From: a virus
Length of the DNA stretch: 40,906 bases
Virus record (IMG/VR): IMGVR_UViG_3300045988_118152
Coordinates: 1 to 40,906 of that record
Reading direction: 5' to 3' (one strand)
Below are positions 8,024 to 15,041 of this stretch, one piece after another. Each line of letters opens with the position of its first letter. Position 1 is the first letter of the stretch. Made by a program: the position numbers and the translations under genes. Under the pieces are notes generated by a model. That model did not search any database. It worked only from the letters and a program-made list of their open reading frames with translations, and had not been told where the DNA came from.

Positions 8024-8076
8024 ACAATCTAGGTCGGAAACGCGACAATATGACCACTCCCCAGAAAGGAAAAGCA

Positions 8077-8535
8077 ATGGCTGCAAGGCCCCAACTTGAA
8101 ATGACGGTCACCGGGTACGCGGCCGCCGACCCCGAAATGCGATTCACCCAATCCGGGAAACCCGTCGCAAACGTCAGCGTCCCCTACACGCCCCGCCGAT
8201 ACGACCAGCAGACAGGGCAGTGGGTCGACGCCGGAGACACCATATGGGTGCGGGCCAGCGTGTGGGGAGACCAGGCGGAGACGTTCTGTGAGCACGTCCA
8301 GAAAGGCCAGCTCCTCACCCTCACCGGTCGCCCGAGCGTGCGAGCCTGGGCCGGGAACGACGGCCAGCCGGCCGCGGCCCTGAACCTGAACGTCGACGCG
8401 TGGGGGCTGCACCCGAAGCCCGCCAAGCACGGTCAGCCCGCGCAGCCTGCGGCGTTCGGTTCGGGGAACGTCCCCAACGCCGCCCAGGACCCGTGGGGCA
8501 CCGGGGGCGCCCGGCCCGGCGAACCCCCCTTCTAA
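8077..8535 (+). CDS. ssb: Single-stranded DNA-binding protein
   Basis: OB-fold SSB-like N-terminus (LEMTVTGYAAADPEMRFTQSGKPVANVSV...), a Gly/Pro/Gln-rich tail, and a C-terminal ...GEPPF tip. GAAAGGAAAAG RBS upstream. ATG 8050 is an alternative start. Confidence 0.85.
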   Translation: MAARPQLEMTVTGYAAADPEMRFTQSGKPVANVSVPYTPRRYDQQTGQWVDAGDTIWVRASVWGDQAETFCEHVQKGQLLTLTGRPSVRAWAGNDGQPAAALNLNVDAWGLHPKPAKHGQPAQPAAFGSGNVPNAAQDPWGTGGARPGEPPF

Positions 8536-8619
8536 TGACCTGGTGGCTGGCCCCGATTGTTGGGCCGGGGCCAGCCACCACCCCACCTACCCTAATCCCG
8601 CTCAACCCTAGGAGAACCC

Positions 8620-8757
8620 ATGAAACCCACCCCCACGTTCAGTCAGCGTCTCGGGTACGCCGTCGGCCTCACCCTCGCCCTCACCGCCTGCTTCGCCGTC
8701 ATCAGCGTCATCATCTGGATCATCGTCGCCACCTGGCGCGCAATCATCGGAGGCTGA
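8620..8757 (+). CDS. Small membrane protein, 45 aa; not in the ORF track
   Basis: AGGAGAA RBS, then ATG 8620. Product: MKPTPTFSQRLGYAVGLTLALTACFAVISVIIWIIVATWRAIIGG. Confidence 0.5.
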   Translation: MKPTPTFSQRLGYAVGLTLALTACFAVISVIIWIIVATWRAIIGG

Positions 8758-8758
8758 C

Positions 8759-8965
8759 ATGGCGGTATACGACCCCGACCAGCATCGAATCCGGTGCGGT
8801 GACCACTACCTAGAACCGGAAGTGACAGTCGAATTCCGCGCGGTTGGGAACAGTGACCGGCCGCATCACGTCACCCGAGTCCAATGGGGGCAACTCGCCG
8901 TCATACGCTGCCGAAAATGCGGCCACGAAGCAGACACAGAAAACTTCACAATCCGAACCCGGTAA
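8759..8965 (+). CDS. Hypothetical protein, 68 aa
   Basis: Track ORF, with GGAGG upstream of the ATG. Confidence 0.5.
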   Translation: MAVYDPDQHRIRCGDHYLEPEVTVEFRAVGNSDRPHHVTRVQWGQLAVIRCRKCGHEADTENFTIRTR

Positions 8966-8982
8966 CCCCCAGGAGAATTGAA

Positions 8983-9666
8983 ATGACCGACTGGCCCGAC
9001 AAGCCCCTAATCCGAATCATCCGTGGCGAGATGAGCGGGAAACCTATCACCAATAAGATAGCCGCAAGAACAGAAAATGGGAACTTCGCCATCGCGAACC
9101 GTCTCTGCGTGAATAACTACGACGGCGACAGCATCGACGCCTGGGAGGAGGTGACCCCCGTCCCCACCGCCACGCTCAAGCACCTACGGGATGTGTTCCT
9201 TGGCGTTGAGTTGCCACTCATGCAGTTCGCCGCCATCCAGCAGGTCGTCTCCCACCTGCCCGCCGACAAGCCCAGCGCCCTCGACCAGGCCGCCACCAGG
9301 GTCAAGGACGTCGCGGACACCCCCATGGTCGACGCTGAGACCCTGCCGGCGGAGTGCCTCTCGCTCCTCTTAGACGCCCTCGCCAGCGTCCAGAGCGCAA
9401 CCCGCAAGGCCGCCCCGCTCGCCATGGTCGCCCGCATCTGCGTCGACTGGGCCGACCTGGAGAACCCGCGCCGCGACTCCCTGGAGGCCGCACGAGAGAG
9501 GACCAAGGTGCTTTCCGACCCAGGAAGCTTCATCGTCCTCTCCGCCCTCGTAGGGGACGTGACTACCGCCCTGTGCGACAACTTCTCGCCGCGTCATAAC
9601 CTCATCGACGCCGGTGCCTACGCCCTCGCCTGGGCCGCCCAGACCATCGAGGAGGAGGACAAGTGA
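8983..9666 (+). CDS. Hypothetical protein, 227 aa
   Basis: AGGAGAA RBS, then ATG 8983. In frame with track ORF 8884..9666. Confidence 0.55.
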   Translation: MTDWPDKPLIRIIRGEMSGKPITNKIAARTENGNFAIANRLCVNNYDGDSIDAWEEVTPVPTATLKHLRDVFLGVELPLMQFAAIQQVVSHLPADKPSALDQAATRVKDVADTPMVDAETLPAECLSLLLDALASVQSATRKAAPLAMVARICVDWADLENPRRDSLEAARERTKVLSDPGSFIVLSALVGDVTTALCDNFSPRHNLIDAGAYALAWAAQTIEEEDK

Positions 9667-9794
9667 ACTGGCTTGATTGGCTCCAGGTGTTCTTCCTATA
9701 TGTCGCACTCGCGTTCGCCTACGCAGAGATCCGCAGGCTCCGGGGGCGCGTCGACGCACTTGAAGGCGCCAGGAAGGACCAGGACGGTGACTGA
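9663..9794 (+). CDS. Possible small membrane protein, 43 aa; not in the ORF track
   Basis: GTGA overlap at its start and GTGACTGA overlap at its end. Product begins VNWLDWLQVFFLYVALAFAYAEI... Confidence 0.35.
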   Translation: MNWLDWLQVFFLYVALAFAYAEIRRLRGRVDALEGARKDQDGD

Positions 9795-10554
9795 GACCCG
9801 CTCGTGCCCGGTGACGGGGGAGCCGCTGCGTGGTGACCGGTACGTGAGCGTGACGGCCTGCCGGCGGCTCGCAGGGGCCACCCAGGGTATCTCGGCGCTC
9901 ATGGGCGCCCTCGACGTTGCCAAGGCTGGGCTGAGGCGCGGCCAGGGCGGCGGGGCCAGCGTCACCCCGTGCAGTCGGCCCCCGGTGCGGCTCGGAATCA
10001 TCCAGGCCGCGAGCGCCCACGAGCGCACGCTACTGAAGTGGGGGAAGTGGGCGGCGCATGACCTGCTCGGGATCGGCACGCCGCAGACGTGGACAGAGGT
10101 CTCATGGGCGCTCAGGGGCGCGTCCGCGCACCCCGGCCGCCCCGAGCTAGCGACCCTCATCCCCGAGGTCCTGGCCGCCATCCGGGCCATCACGGCGCTC
10201 GTGGACGTCCCCGAGGACGCGCGGTTCTACGGCAGGTGCCTCACCGACCTGGGGGATCGGGGCGTCTGCGACCAGCCCATCTACGCCACGGCGGGATCCT
10301 CGTGGGCCAGGTGCCCGGCCTGCGACACCCAGTGGGAACTCCAACCGCTCCTCGCGAGCCACCTGGAGGCAGCCGCCGACTGGCTCGTCACCCCCGACGA
10401 AGGCGCCCGCCTCCTCACCCAGGCGGGCTACCCCACGAGGCCCGGCACCATCCGACTCTGGAAACACCGAGGCCACCTCACCGACCACGAAGGCAGATAC
10501 CACGTCGGCGACCTCCTCGCCGCCGCAGCACGCAGAAAGGACAAGGCCGCATGA
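9787..10554 (+). CDS. Putative DNA-binding protein (Cys cluster plus C-terminal HTH), 255 aa
   Basis: GTG 9787 in frame with track ORF 9673..10554. Contains ...RCPACDTQW... and a C-terminal VTPDEGARLLTQAGYPTRPGTIRLWKHRGHL (MerR/excisionase-type HTH appearance). Confidence 0.45.
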   Translation: MTETRSCPVTGEPLRGDRYVSVTACRRLAGATQGISALMGALDVAKAGLRRGQGGGASVTPCSRPPVRLGIIQAASAHERTLLKWGKWAAHDLLGIGTPQTWTEVSWALRGASAHPGRPELATLIPEVLAAIRAITALVDVPEDARFYGRCLTDLGDRGVCDQPIYATAGSSWARCPACDTQWELQPLLASHLEAAADWLVTPDEGARLLTQAGYPTRPGTIRLWKHRGHLTDHEGRYHVGDLLAAAARRKDKAA

Positions 10555-10766
10555 CGCCAGAGATGATCCAGACGGCGATCACCGCCGTCGCCGAGGAAGC
10601 CGTCAAGGCATCCATGAAGGGAAGCCTCGCCGCCGCCATGATGGGACACGCCGCCGCCATCGGAGGCCTCGCAGCCGGCCTACCAACCGCCGACGCCACC
10701 GAGGCCATAGGCCAGGTGATCGACATGCTCACCGAAGCCCGAGACGCCATCGGAGACATGAAATGA
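10551..10766 (+). CDS. Hypothetical protein, 71 aa
   Basis: ATGA overlap with the upstream gene. In-frame tail of track ORF 10089..10766. Confidence 0.45.
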   Translation: MTPEMIQTAITAVAEEAVKASMKGSLAAAMMGHAAAIGGLAAGLPTADATEAIGQVIDMLTEARDAIGDMK

Positions 10767-10915
10767 GCGACGTCGAGCCTGAGGAAGAGGTGAAAGGCAA
10801 CCTAGAAGAGGCGCTAGAAACACTCGACTATGCCCTCAGGAAGGCCATATGGGGGACTCTCGCGATTGTCCTACGCCTGCCCTACCTTGACCCAGACCAG
10901 GACCGCCGAACATGA
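10763..10915 (+). CDS. Hypothetical protein, 50 aa; not in the ORF track
   Basis: ATGA overlap with the upstream gene. Ends 3 nt before the 10919 hairpin. Confidence 0.35.
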   Translation: MSDVEPEEEVKGNLEEALETLDYALRKAIWGTLAIVLRLPYLDPDQDRRT

Positions 10916-10918
10916 CGA

Positions 10919-10947
10919 AGGCGCCCCACCATCCAGGTGGGGCGCCT
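10919..10947. terminator. Bidirectional GC-rich hairpin between convergent operons
   Basis: AGGCGCCCCACC (10919-10930), loop ATCCA, GGTGGGGCGCCT (10936-10947): a 12-bp perfect stem. Confidence 0.6.
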
Positions 10948-10958
10948 CCCGTGTTCTC

Positions 10959-11186
10959 CTAGCGCTTGCGCGTCCAGTCTCCCAGCCACTTATCCAACGT
11001 CTGCCGAGTCACCCCAGCAGCCGCAGCCACCGCCGTCTTCGCCGCGCCGCCACGCACCGCAGCCACCGCCGCAGCACGACGCCGACCCTCAACCTCAGTC
11101 AGAACCTTCTGCGCCACCTCAACCTCACAACGCAGACGATCCAACTCCAACAAGCTCAGCCGCTCCGTCGTCGCCTCGACACTCAT
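10959..11186 (-). CDS. HTH DNA-binding protein, 75 aa; last gene of the minus-strand cassette
   Basis: Track ORF. GGAAGGAGAA RBS. C-terminal KTAVAAAAGVTRQTLDKWL helix-turn-helix. Confidence 0.6.
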   Translation of the reverse strand: MSVEATTERLSLLELDRLRCEVEVAQKVLTEVEGRRRAAAVAAVRGGAAKTAVAAAAGVTRQTLDKWLGDWTRKR

Positions 11187-11246
11187 CGCTTCTCCTTCCA
11201 GGTCAGGCCCAGCCCCCGCGATGAGGGCCGGGCATGTGGGTTACGT

Positions 11247-11543
11247 TCAGGCGCGCGCCGTGCGCCGTGCGGCAATCTGACGGTCGCAGGACCGCGCCAG
11301 GCGGCGGGCCTCGGCGATACTGGCCCGCAGGGCCTCGACCTGGGTGCTGTCCGGGAATCGGAGGACGTTCGGACCGTACTCAGTGATGGCCTCGATGATC
11401 GCACCCCTGCGGCGAGCGGCGACACTGACGCCGCCGCACTCGGCATCCCACCACGCGCCGTTGCGGGTGACAGTGATGCTCTCAACTGGGACTCCGATCT
11501 CTTCTGACAGTGCAATGGCGACACGCTCAGGAATGGTGCTCAT
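11247..11543 (-). CDS. Hypothetical protein, 98 aa
   Basis: Within track ORF 11247..11570. ATG at 11543 is preceded by GAAAGGAAA; 11570 is an alternative start. Confidence 0.5.
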   Translation of the reverse strand: MSTIPERVAIALSEEIGVPVESITVTRNGAWWDAECGGVSVAARRRGAIIEAITEYGPNVLRFPDSTQVEALRASIAEARRLARSCDRQIAARRTARA

Positions 11544-11577
11544 TTTGGGTTTCCTTTCTGGGGTGGGCATTGGGTGG

Positions 11578-11913
11578 TCAGTCGTCCAGGGCGTCCAGGA
11601 TCATCCGGCGGTAGGCGGCGACCGCCTCCGTCACGGCCGGGTCAGGGTGACGCTCCGTCGGCCCGTGCTGGCCGACCTGCATCTCCTCGGGCCACTCCGA
11701 GCGGGGCAGGTAGCGCTCCACCGCAGGCCAACACTCCGTGTCCTCGGTGGTGATGAACCGGCCGGGCTCGGTCTCGATCACGAAGGCGGCCTGCACTTCG
11801 TCGTCGAAGGCGTCCAGGTGGAGGCGGATCACCGCGCCGTCGTCGGCGGTAGCGACCAGGACAGCGCCCGGGTAGTCGGAGGCGGTGGCGGGGTTCCAGT
11901 TGTAGCGGGCCAT
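11578..11913 (-). CDS. Hypothetical acidic protein, 111 aa
   Basis: Track ORF. GGAAAGGAA RBS. Confidence 0.55.
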   Translation of the reverse strand: MARYNWNPATASDYPGAVLVATADDGAVIRLHLDAFDDEVQAAFVIETEPGRFITTEDTECWPAVERYLPRSEWPEEMQVGQHGPTERHPDPAVTEAVAAYRRMILDALDD

Positions 11914-11934
11914 GGGGGAGTTCCTTTCCAGGGG

Positions 11935-11959
11935 CGCCCGCCCCAGAACGGGGCGGGCG
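11935..11959 (-). terminator. Intercistronic GC hairpin (attenuator or processing site?)
   Basis: CGCCCGCCCC / GGGGCGGGCG: 10-bp perfect stem with a 5-nt loop, between the 59-aa and 111-aa genes. Confidence 0.3.
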
Positions 11960-11970
11960 ATGGGGGATGG

Positions 11971-12150
11971 TCAGTGGTTCTGTCGGGTGATGACGACGAC
12001 GCCGGCCAGAGCGAGGGTGAGGCTCGCGCCCCACACGCCCCAGCTGAAGGCGTCAGCGTCGAGGCTGGCGAGGATGCCGCCGAGGGCGAGGTTGGCGCTT
12101 GCGACGGCGGCCATGAAGGCGAGGCGGCGACGGCGGTCGGTGGTGGTCAT
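11971..12150 (-). CDS. Small membrane protein, 59 aa (two TM); not in the ORF track
   Basis: AGGAAGGAA RBS. Product: MTTTDRRRRLAFMAAVASANLALGGILASLDADAFSWGVWGASLTLALAGVVVITRQNH. Confidence 0.55.
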   Translation of the reverse strand: MTTTDRRRRLAFMAAVASANLALGGILASLDADAFSWGVWGASLTLALAGVVVITRQNH

Positions 12151-12241
12151 GTGGTGTTCCTTCCTGGGAGGGGGAGCGGTATCCTTGCCGGATGGGCGGG
12201 GATTGAAGGCACTGCGATTGCTTTCAACCCCCGCCGCTTAC

Positions 12242-12346
12242 TCAGTCATCCTTGCGGTGGCGGCCGTGGCCGCGACGCGGGATGGCGAGCCAGATCGAGA
12301 CCATCGTTCCGATGAGGCTCGCTACCGAGATGATCCGGTCGATCAC
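12242..12346 (-). CDS. Small membrane peptide, 34 aa (one TM plus basic tail); not in the ORF track
   Basis: GGAGGAACC then GTG. Product: VIDRIISVASLIGTMVSIWLAIPRRGHGRHRKDD. Confidence 0.4.
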   Translation of the reverse strand: MIDRIISVASLIGTMVSIWLAIPRRGHGRHRKDD

Positions 12347-12395
12347 GGTTCCTCCTCTCTGTGTAGTTGGGGTATCGGGCGTTCCCGATGGCTTA

Positions 12396-12425
12396 AGTGT
12401 ATGTCTACATACCCAATGAGGTCAA
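12396..12425 (-). promoter_or_regulatory. Candidate promoter of the minus-strand cassette, with an overlapping palindrome
   Basis: On the minus strand: TTGACC (12425-12420), 18 nt, TACACT (12401-12396). Palindrome GTATGTctACATAC at 12399-12412. 5'-UTR hairpin ATCGGGcgttCCCGAT at 12374-12389. Confidence 0.45.
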
Positions 12426-12429
12426 ACCC

Positions 12430-12610
12430 GGGGGGTGCACGCAAACAGTGGGGTAGGCCACAGTAAAGGGGGCGGGGCTACAGCAAGGGGGCACCCATCA
12501 TGGACACCCACCCCCTCTCACAGCAGGGGCACCCCCATCAAGCAGGGGGCAGGGGTATCGATAGGCGGGGGAGGGGTGACAGCAATAGGGGTACCCCACA
12601 ACAGACACGC
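12430..12610 (+). repeat. Phased G-tract repeat array (CAGCA(A)GGGG-type motif, 20-bp register)
   Basis: Motif copies begin near 12446, 12461, 12481, 12521, 12541, 12581 and 12601. There are 11 runs of 4 or more G on the + strand between 12430 and 12591. Composition turns C/A-rich after about 12600. Confidence 0.6.
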
Positions 12611-12843
12611 CCCACCCCGTGACCAAACCGCAACACGCCAGCGTGCACCACCACTTGCACGCCCACACTGAAACGCGCATCATACGAACATAGGCAAAGT
12701 GTCAGAGCCCAGCCGTCCACGAGACTGCTGGGCTCCGCTGTTGCCTACCCTTCTGGGGAGAAGGGAATGGGGAGAAGCGACGCGGGCCGCACGTGCACAG
12801 CAGCACGACGCGGCCCGCGTGCGCACACGCGCGAGGAGGACCG

Positions 12844-13164
12844 ATGACCACCTCACGCACCGGCACAACACGCTGGCTCCACAACGCAGCCACAGCTAAG
12901 CGCTCAGCGCGCGCGGCAGGACTAGAGCACTGTCCACTCTGCCACGTCCGCCTCACCTGGGACGCTGGCCTACTGCCTAGTAGCCCTGAGGCCGACCACA
13001 TCGTGCCTCACAGTCGAGGTGGAAACGACTCATTAGAGAATATTCAAATCATCTGCCGCAAATGCAACCAACGCAAAGGAAACGGCAGAAAACCACGGCC
13101 ACCGAAACGCAAACGTCACACAGTGGCCCGAATTCAACAGACAACCGACACAGAAACCTGGTAG
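12844..13164 (+). CDS. HNH endonuclease (packaging-associated), 106 aa
   Basis: GAGGAGGA RBS, then ATG 12844. Contains CPLCH...DHIVPHSRGGNDSLENIQIICRKCNQRKG. Sits directly upstream of the terminase genes. Confidence 0.85.
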   Translation: MTTSRTGTTRWLHNAATAKRSARAAGLEHCPLCHVRLTWDAGLLPSSPEADHIVPHSRGGNDSLENIQIICRKCNQRKGNGRKPRPPKRKRHTVARIQQTTDTETW

Positions 13165-13276
13165 AGTAGCCACCAGAAACGAGGGACAGGGGGGCAATAC
13201 CCTCCCGTCCCCCATTCTCGCCCCCCCGTGGGTATAGCGGCATCTCTCCCCACTGTTTTTTCCCAAGGGGGTGCTC

Positions 13277-13585
13277 ATGAGTGCCGCGAGGAAACTCCAC
13301 GCCGTGAAGGACGGCGAGACAGCCCCCATGGCCCCTACGGCACCCGCGAGCGTCCTGGATGCGACGGAGCATGGGGACCGTAGGGATGTGCTGGCCGCGA
13401 TCCGTCGTCGTCTTGCGGATGCGGTGGGCACCTCTGAGACGCCCCCGCGTGACCTGGCTGCCCTGACGCGTCGCCTCATTGAGGTTGACAGGGAGATCCG
13501 GGAGATTGACCTGGCTCGCGAGGAGCGTGAGCGGCAGACGGCGACGGAGGCGACGGAGGATGAGGATGGGCTCGGCGACATCTGA
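13277..13585 (+). CDS. Terminase small subunit (putative), 102 aa
   Basis: Position between HNH and TerL. AAGGGGG RBS upstream. Small charged protein with a C-terminal coiled segment. GTG 13271 is an alternative start. Confidence 0.55.
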   Translation: MSAARKLHAVKDGETAPMAPTAPASVLDATEHGDRRDVLAAIRRRLADAVGTSETPPRDLAALTRRLIEVDREIREIDLAREERERQTATEATEDEDGLGDI

Positions 13586-15041
13586 GCCCCGCCTGTCCGA
13601 CATCGCGAAGCACCTGATCCTGCCTGAGGGCATCACGTCCACGGGCTGGCCGGCGGTCCGTGACCGTGCGAAGCGCTTCGGCCTGGGCTTCGACCGTTGG
13701 CAGGATGGGCTGGGGCGCGCGATCCTGGCGAAACGCAAGGATGGCATGTACGCGGCCGGCATCGACGGCGTGCAGATTTGCTTCCCGCGTCAGGTGGGCA
13801 AGACGTACACGATCGGGTCGATGATCTTCGCCCTGTGCACGCTGCATGATGGATTCTTCGTCCTCTGGACGGCGCACCGCACGAGGACGGCGGATGAGAC
13901 GTTCAGGGCGATGCTGGGTCTCTCGCAGAGGCCGGAGATCGCCCCGTATATCGATGGGCGCCCGAGGCAGGCGAACGGCCAGCAGGAAGTGCGCTTCATG
14001 AACGGATCTCGCATCCTGTTCGGTGCCCGCGAGGGCGGCTTCGGTCGCGGCTTCGCCGGAGTTGACAGCATCATCTTCGATGAGGCGCAGATTCTCGGCC
14101 AGCGGGCACTAGAGGATATGGTGCCAGCAGTCAACACGTCGCCGAACCCGCTCATCATTCGCCTAGGGACACCACCGAGGCCGATCGATCCTTCCGAGGC
14201 GTTCACGTCGTTCAGGAAGCAGGCGCTCAAGGGCGAACTGGTCAATGGCCTGTATATCGAGATGGGCGCTGACGAGGACGCGGACCCGGAGGACCGCCGC
14301 CAGTGGCGGAAGGCGAACCCGAGCTTCCCGCACCGGACACCTGAGTCCGCGATGCTGAGAATGAAGAGCCAGATGGGTCCTGAGTCGTTCAGGCGTGAGG
14401 GTCTGGGGATCTGGGACCCGGAGGTCGCCAGTCAGGCGATTGGTCGTGAAGCGTGGAACGCTTTGACGGTGGATGAGCCGCCGTCTGGGCTGCGCTGGTG
14501 CGCCGCCGTGAGGTTCAGCGTGGACGGCTCCACGGTGGCGCTGGCCCGTGCCGGCCGGAAGCCCGAGCGTAAGAGCGAGGCGGTCTACGGCCAGTTGTGC
14601 ACCTCGCAGGGGGTGCGGAACATGGGTGAGGGCGTCCACTGGATCATCGACTACCTGCTAGAGCACCGGGACCGGTGGGCGCAGATCGTCGTCGACGGCA
14701 AGAGCGGGGCCGGCGACCTTGTCGACCGGCTCCGTGCCGCAGGGTTCAGCCCGAAAGTCATCTGGACGCCGACGACGGACCAGGTCATCAGCGCTCACGC
14801 GATGATGGACGCCGCGATCCGAGACCGCACCCTGTCGCACCCGGACGACGCCGAGCTGGAGGCTGAGGCCGCCGTCATCAGTCGCCGGAAGATCGGCGCG
14901 GCTGGTGGTTTCGGCTGGACCGCCCCGGAGGGGATGACGTCGGCGGGCATGGACGCACTGACACTGGCCCATTGGGCCACGAAGACAACCAAGAGACGGC
15001 CGCGAGAACTCTCCGGCGCCCGCGTGGGGGTGGTGATGTGA
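13560..15041 (+). CDS. Terminase large subunit
   Basis: Walker A-like CFPRQVGKTY and Walker B IIFDEAQ, with a C-terminal nuclease-sized domain. ATG 13566 is an alternative start. Overlaps the TerS end. Confidence 0.9.
   Translation: MRMGSATSEPRLSDIAKHLILPEGITSTGWPAVRDRAKRFGLGFDRWQDGLGRAILAKRKDGMYAAGIDGVQICFPRQVGKTYTIGSMIFALCTLHDGFFVLWTAHRTRTADETFRAMLGLSQRPEIAPYIDGRPRQANGQQEVRFMNGSRILFGAREGGFGRGFAGVDSIIFDEAQILGQRALEDMVPAVNTSPNPLIIRLGTPPRPIDPSEAFTSFRKQALKGELVNGLYIEMGADEDADPEDRRQWRKANPSFPHRTPESAMLRMKSQMGPESFRREGLGIWDPEVASQAIGREAWNALTVDEPPSGLRWCAAVRFSVDGSTVALARAGRKPERKSEAVYGQLCTSQGVRNMGEGVHWIIDYLLEHRDRWAQIVVDGKSGAGDLVDRLRAAGFSPKVIWTPTTDQVISAHAMMDAAIRDRTLSHPDDAELEAEAAVISRRKIGAAGGFGWTAPEGMTSAGMDALTLAHWATKTTKRRPRELSGARVGVVM

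Noticed and set aside
11344-12315. 323-aa + strand ORF spanning the 11.3-12.3 kb region
   Set aside because: The minus strand here holds four tidy ORFs, each with its own strong RBS and short intergenic spacing. The + strand translation is low-complexity Gly/Val/Arg-rich.
12430-12610. CRISPR array
   Set aside because: The period is only about 20 bp, with no repeat/spacer alternation of CRISPR dimensions. The units are degenerate, and no cas genes are present.
12793-12843. Upstream ATG (12793) as the HNH start; similarly the 5' extensions of track ORFs 1543, 5403, 6527, 8884, 17268 and 35050
   Set aside because: The extensions overlap upstream genes or structured non-coding DNA and lack an RBS. 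The internal starts have GGAGG-type sites or stop-start overlaps.
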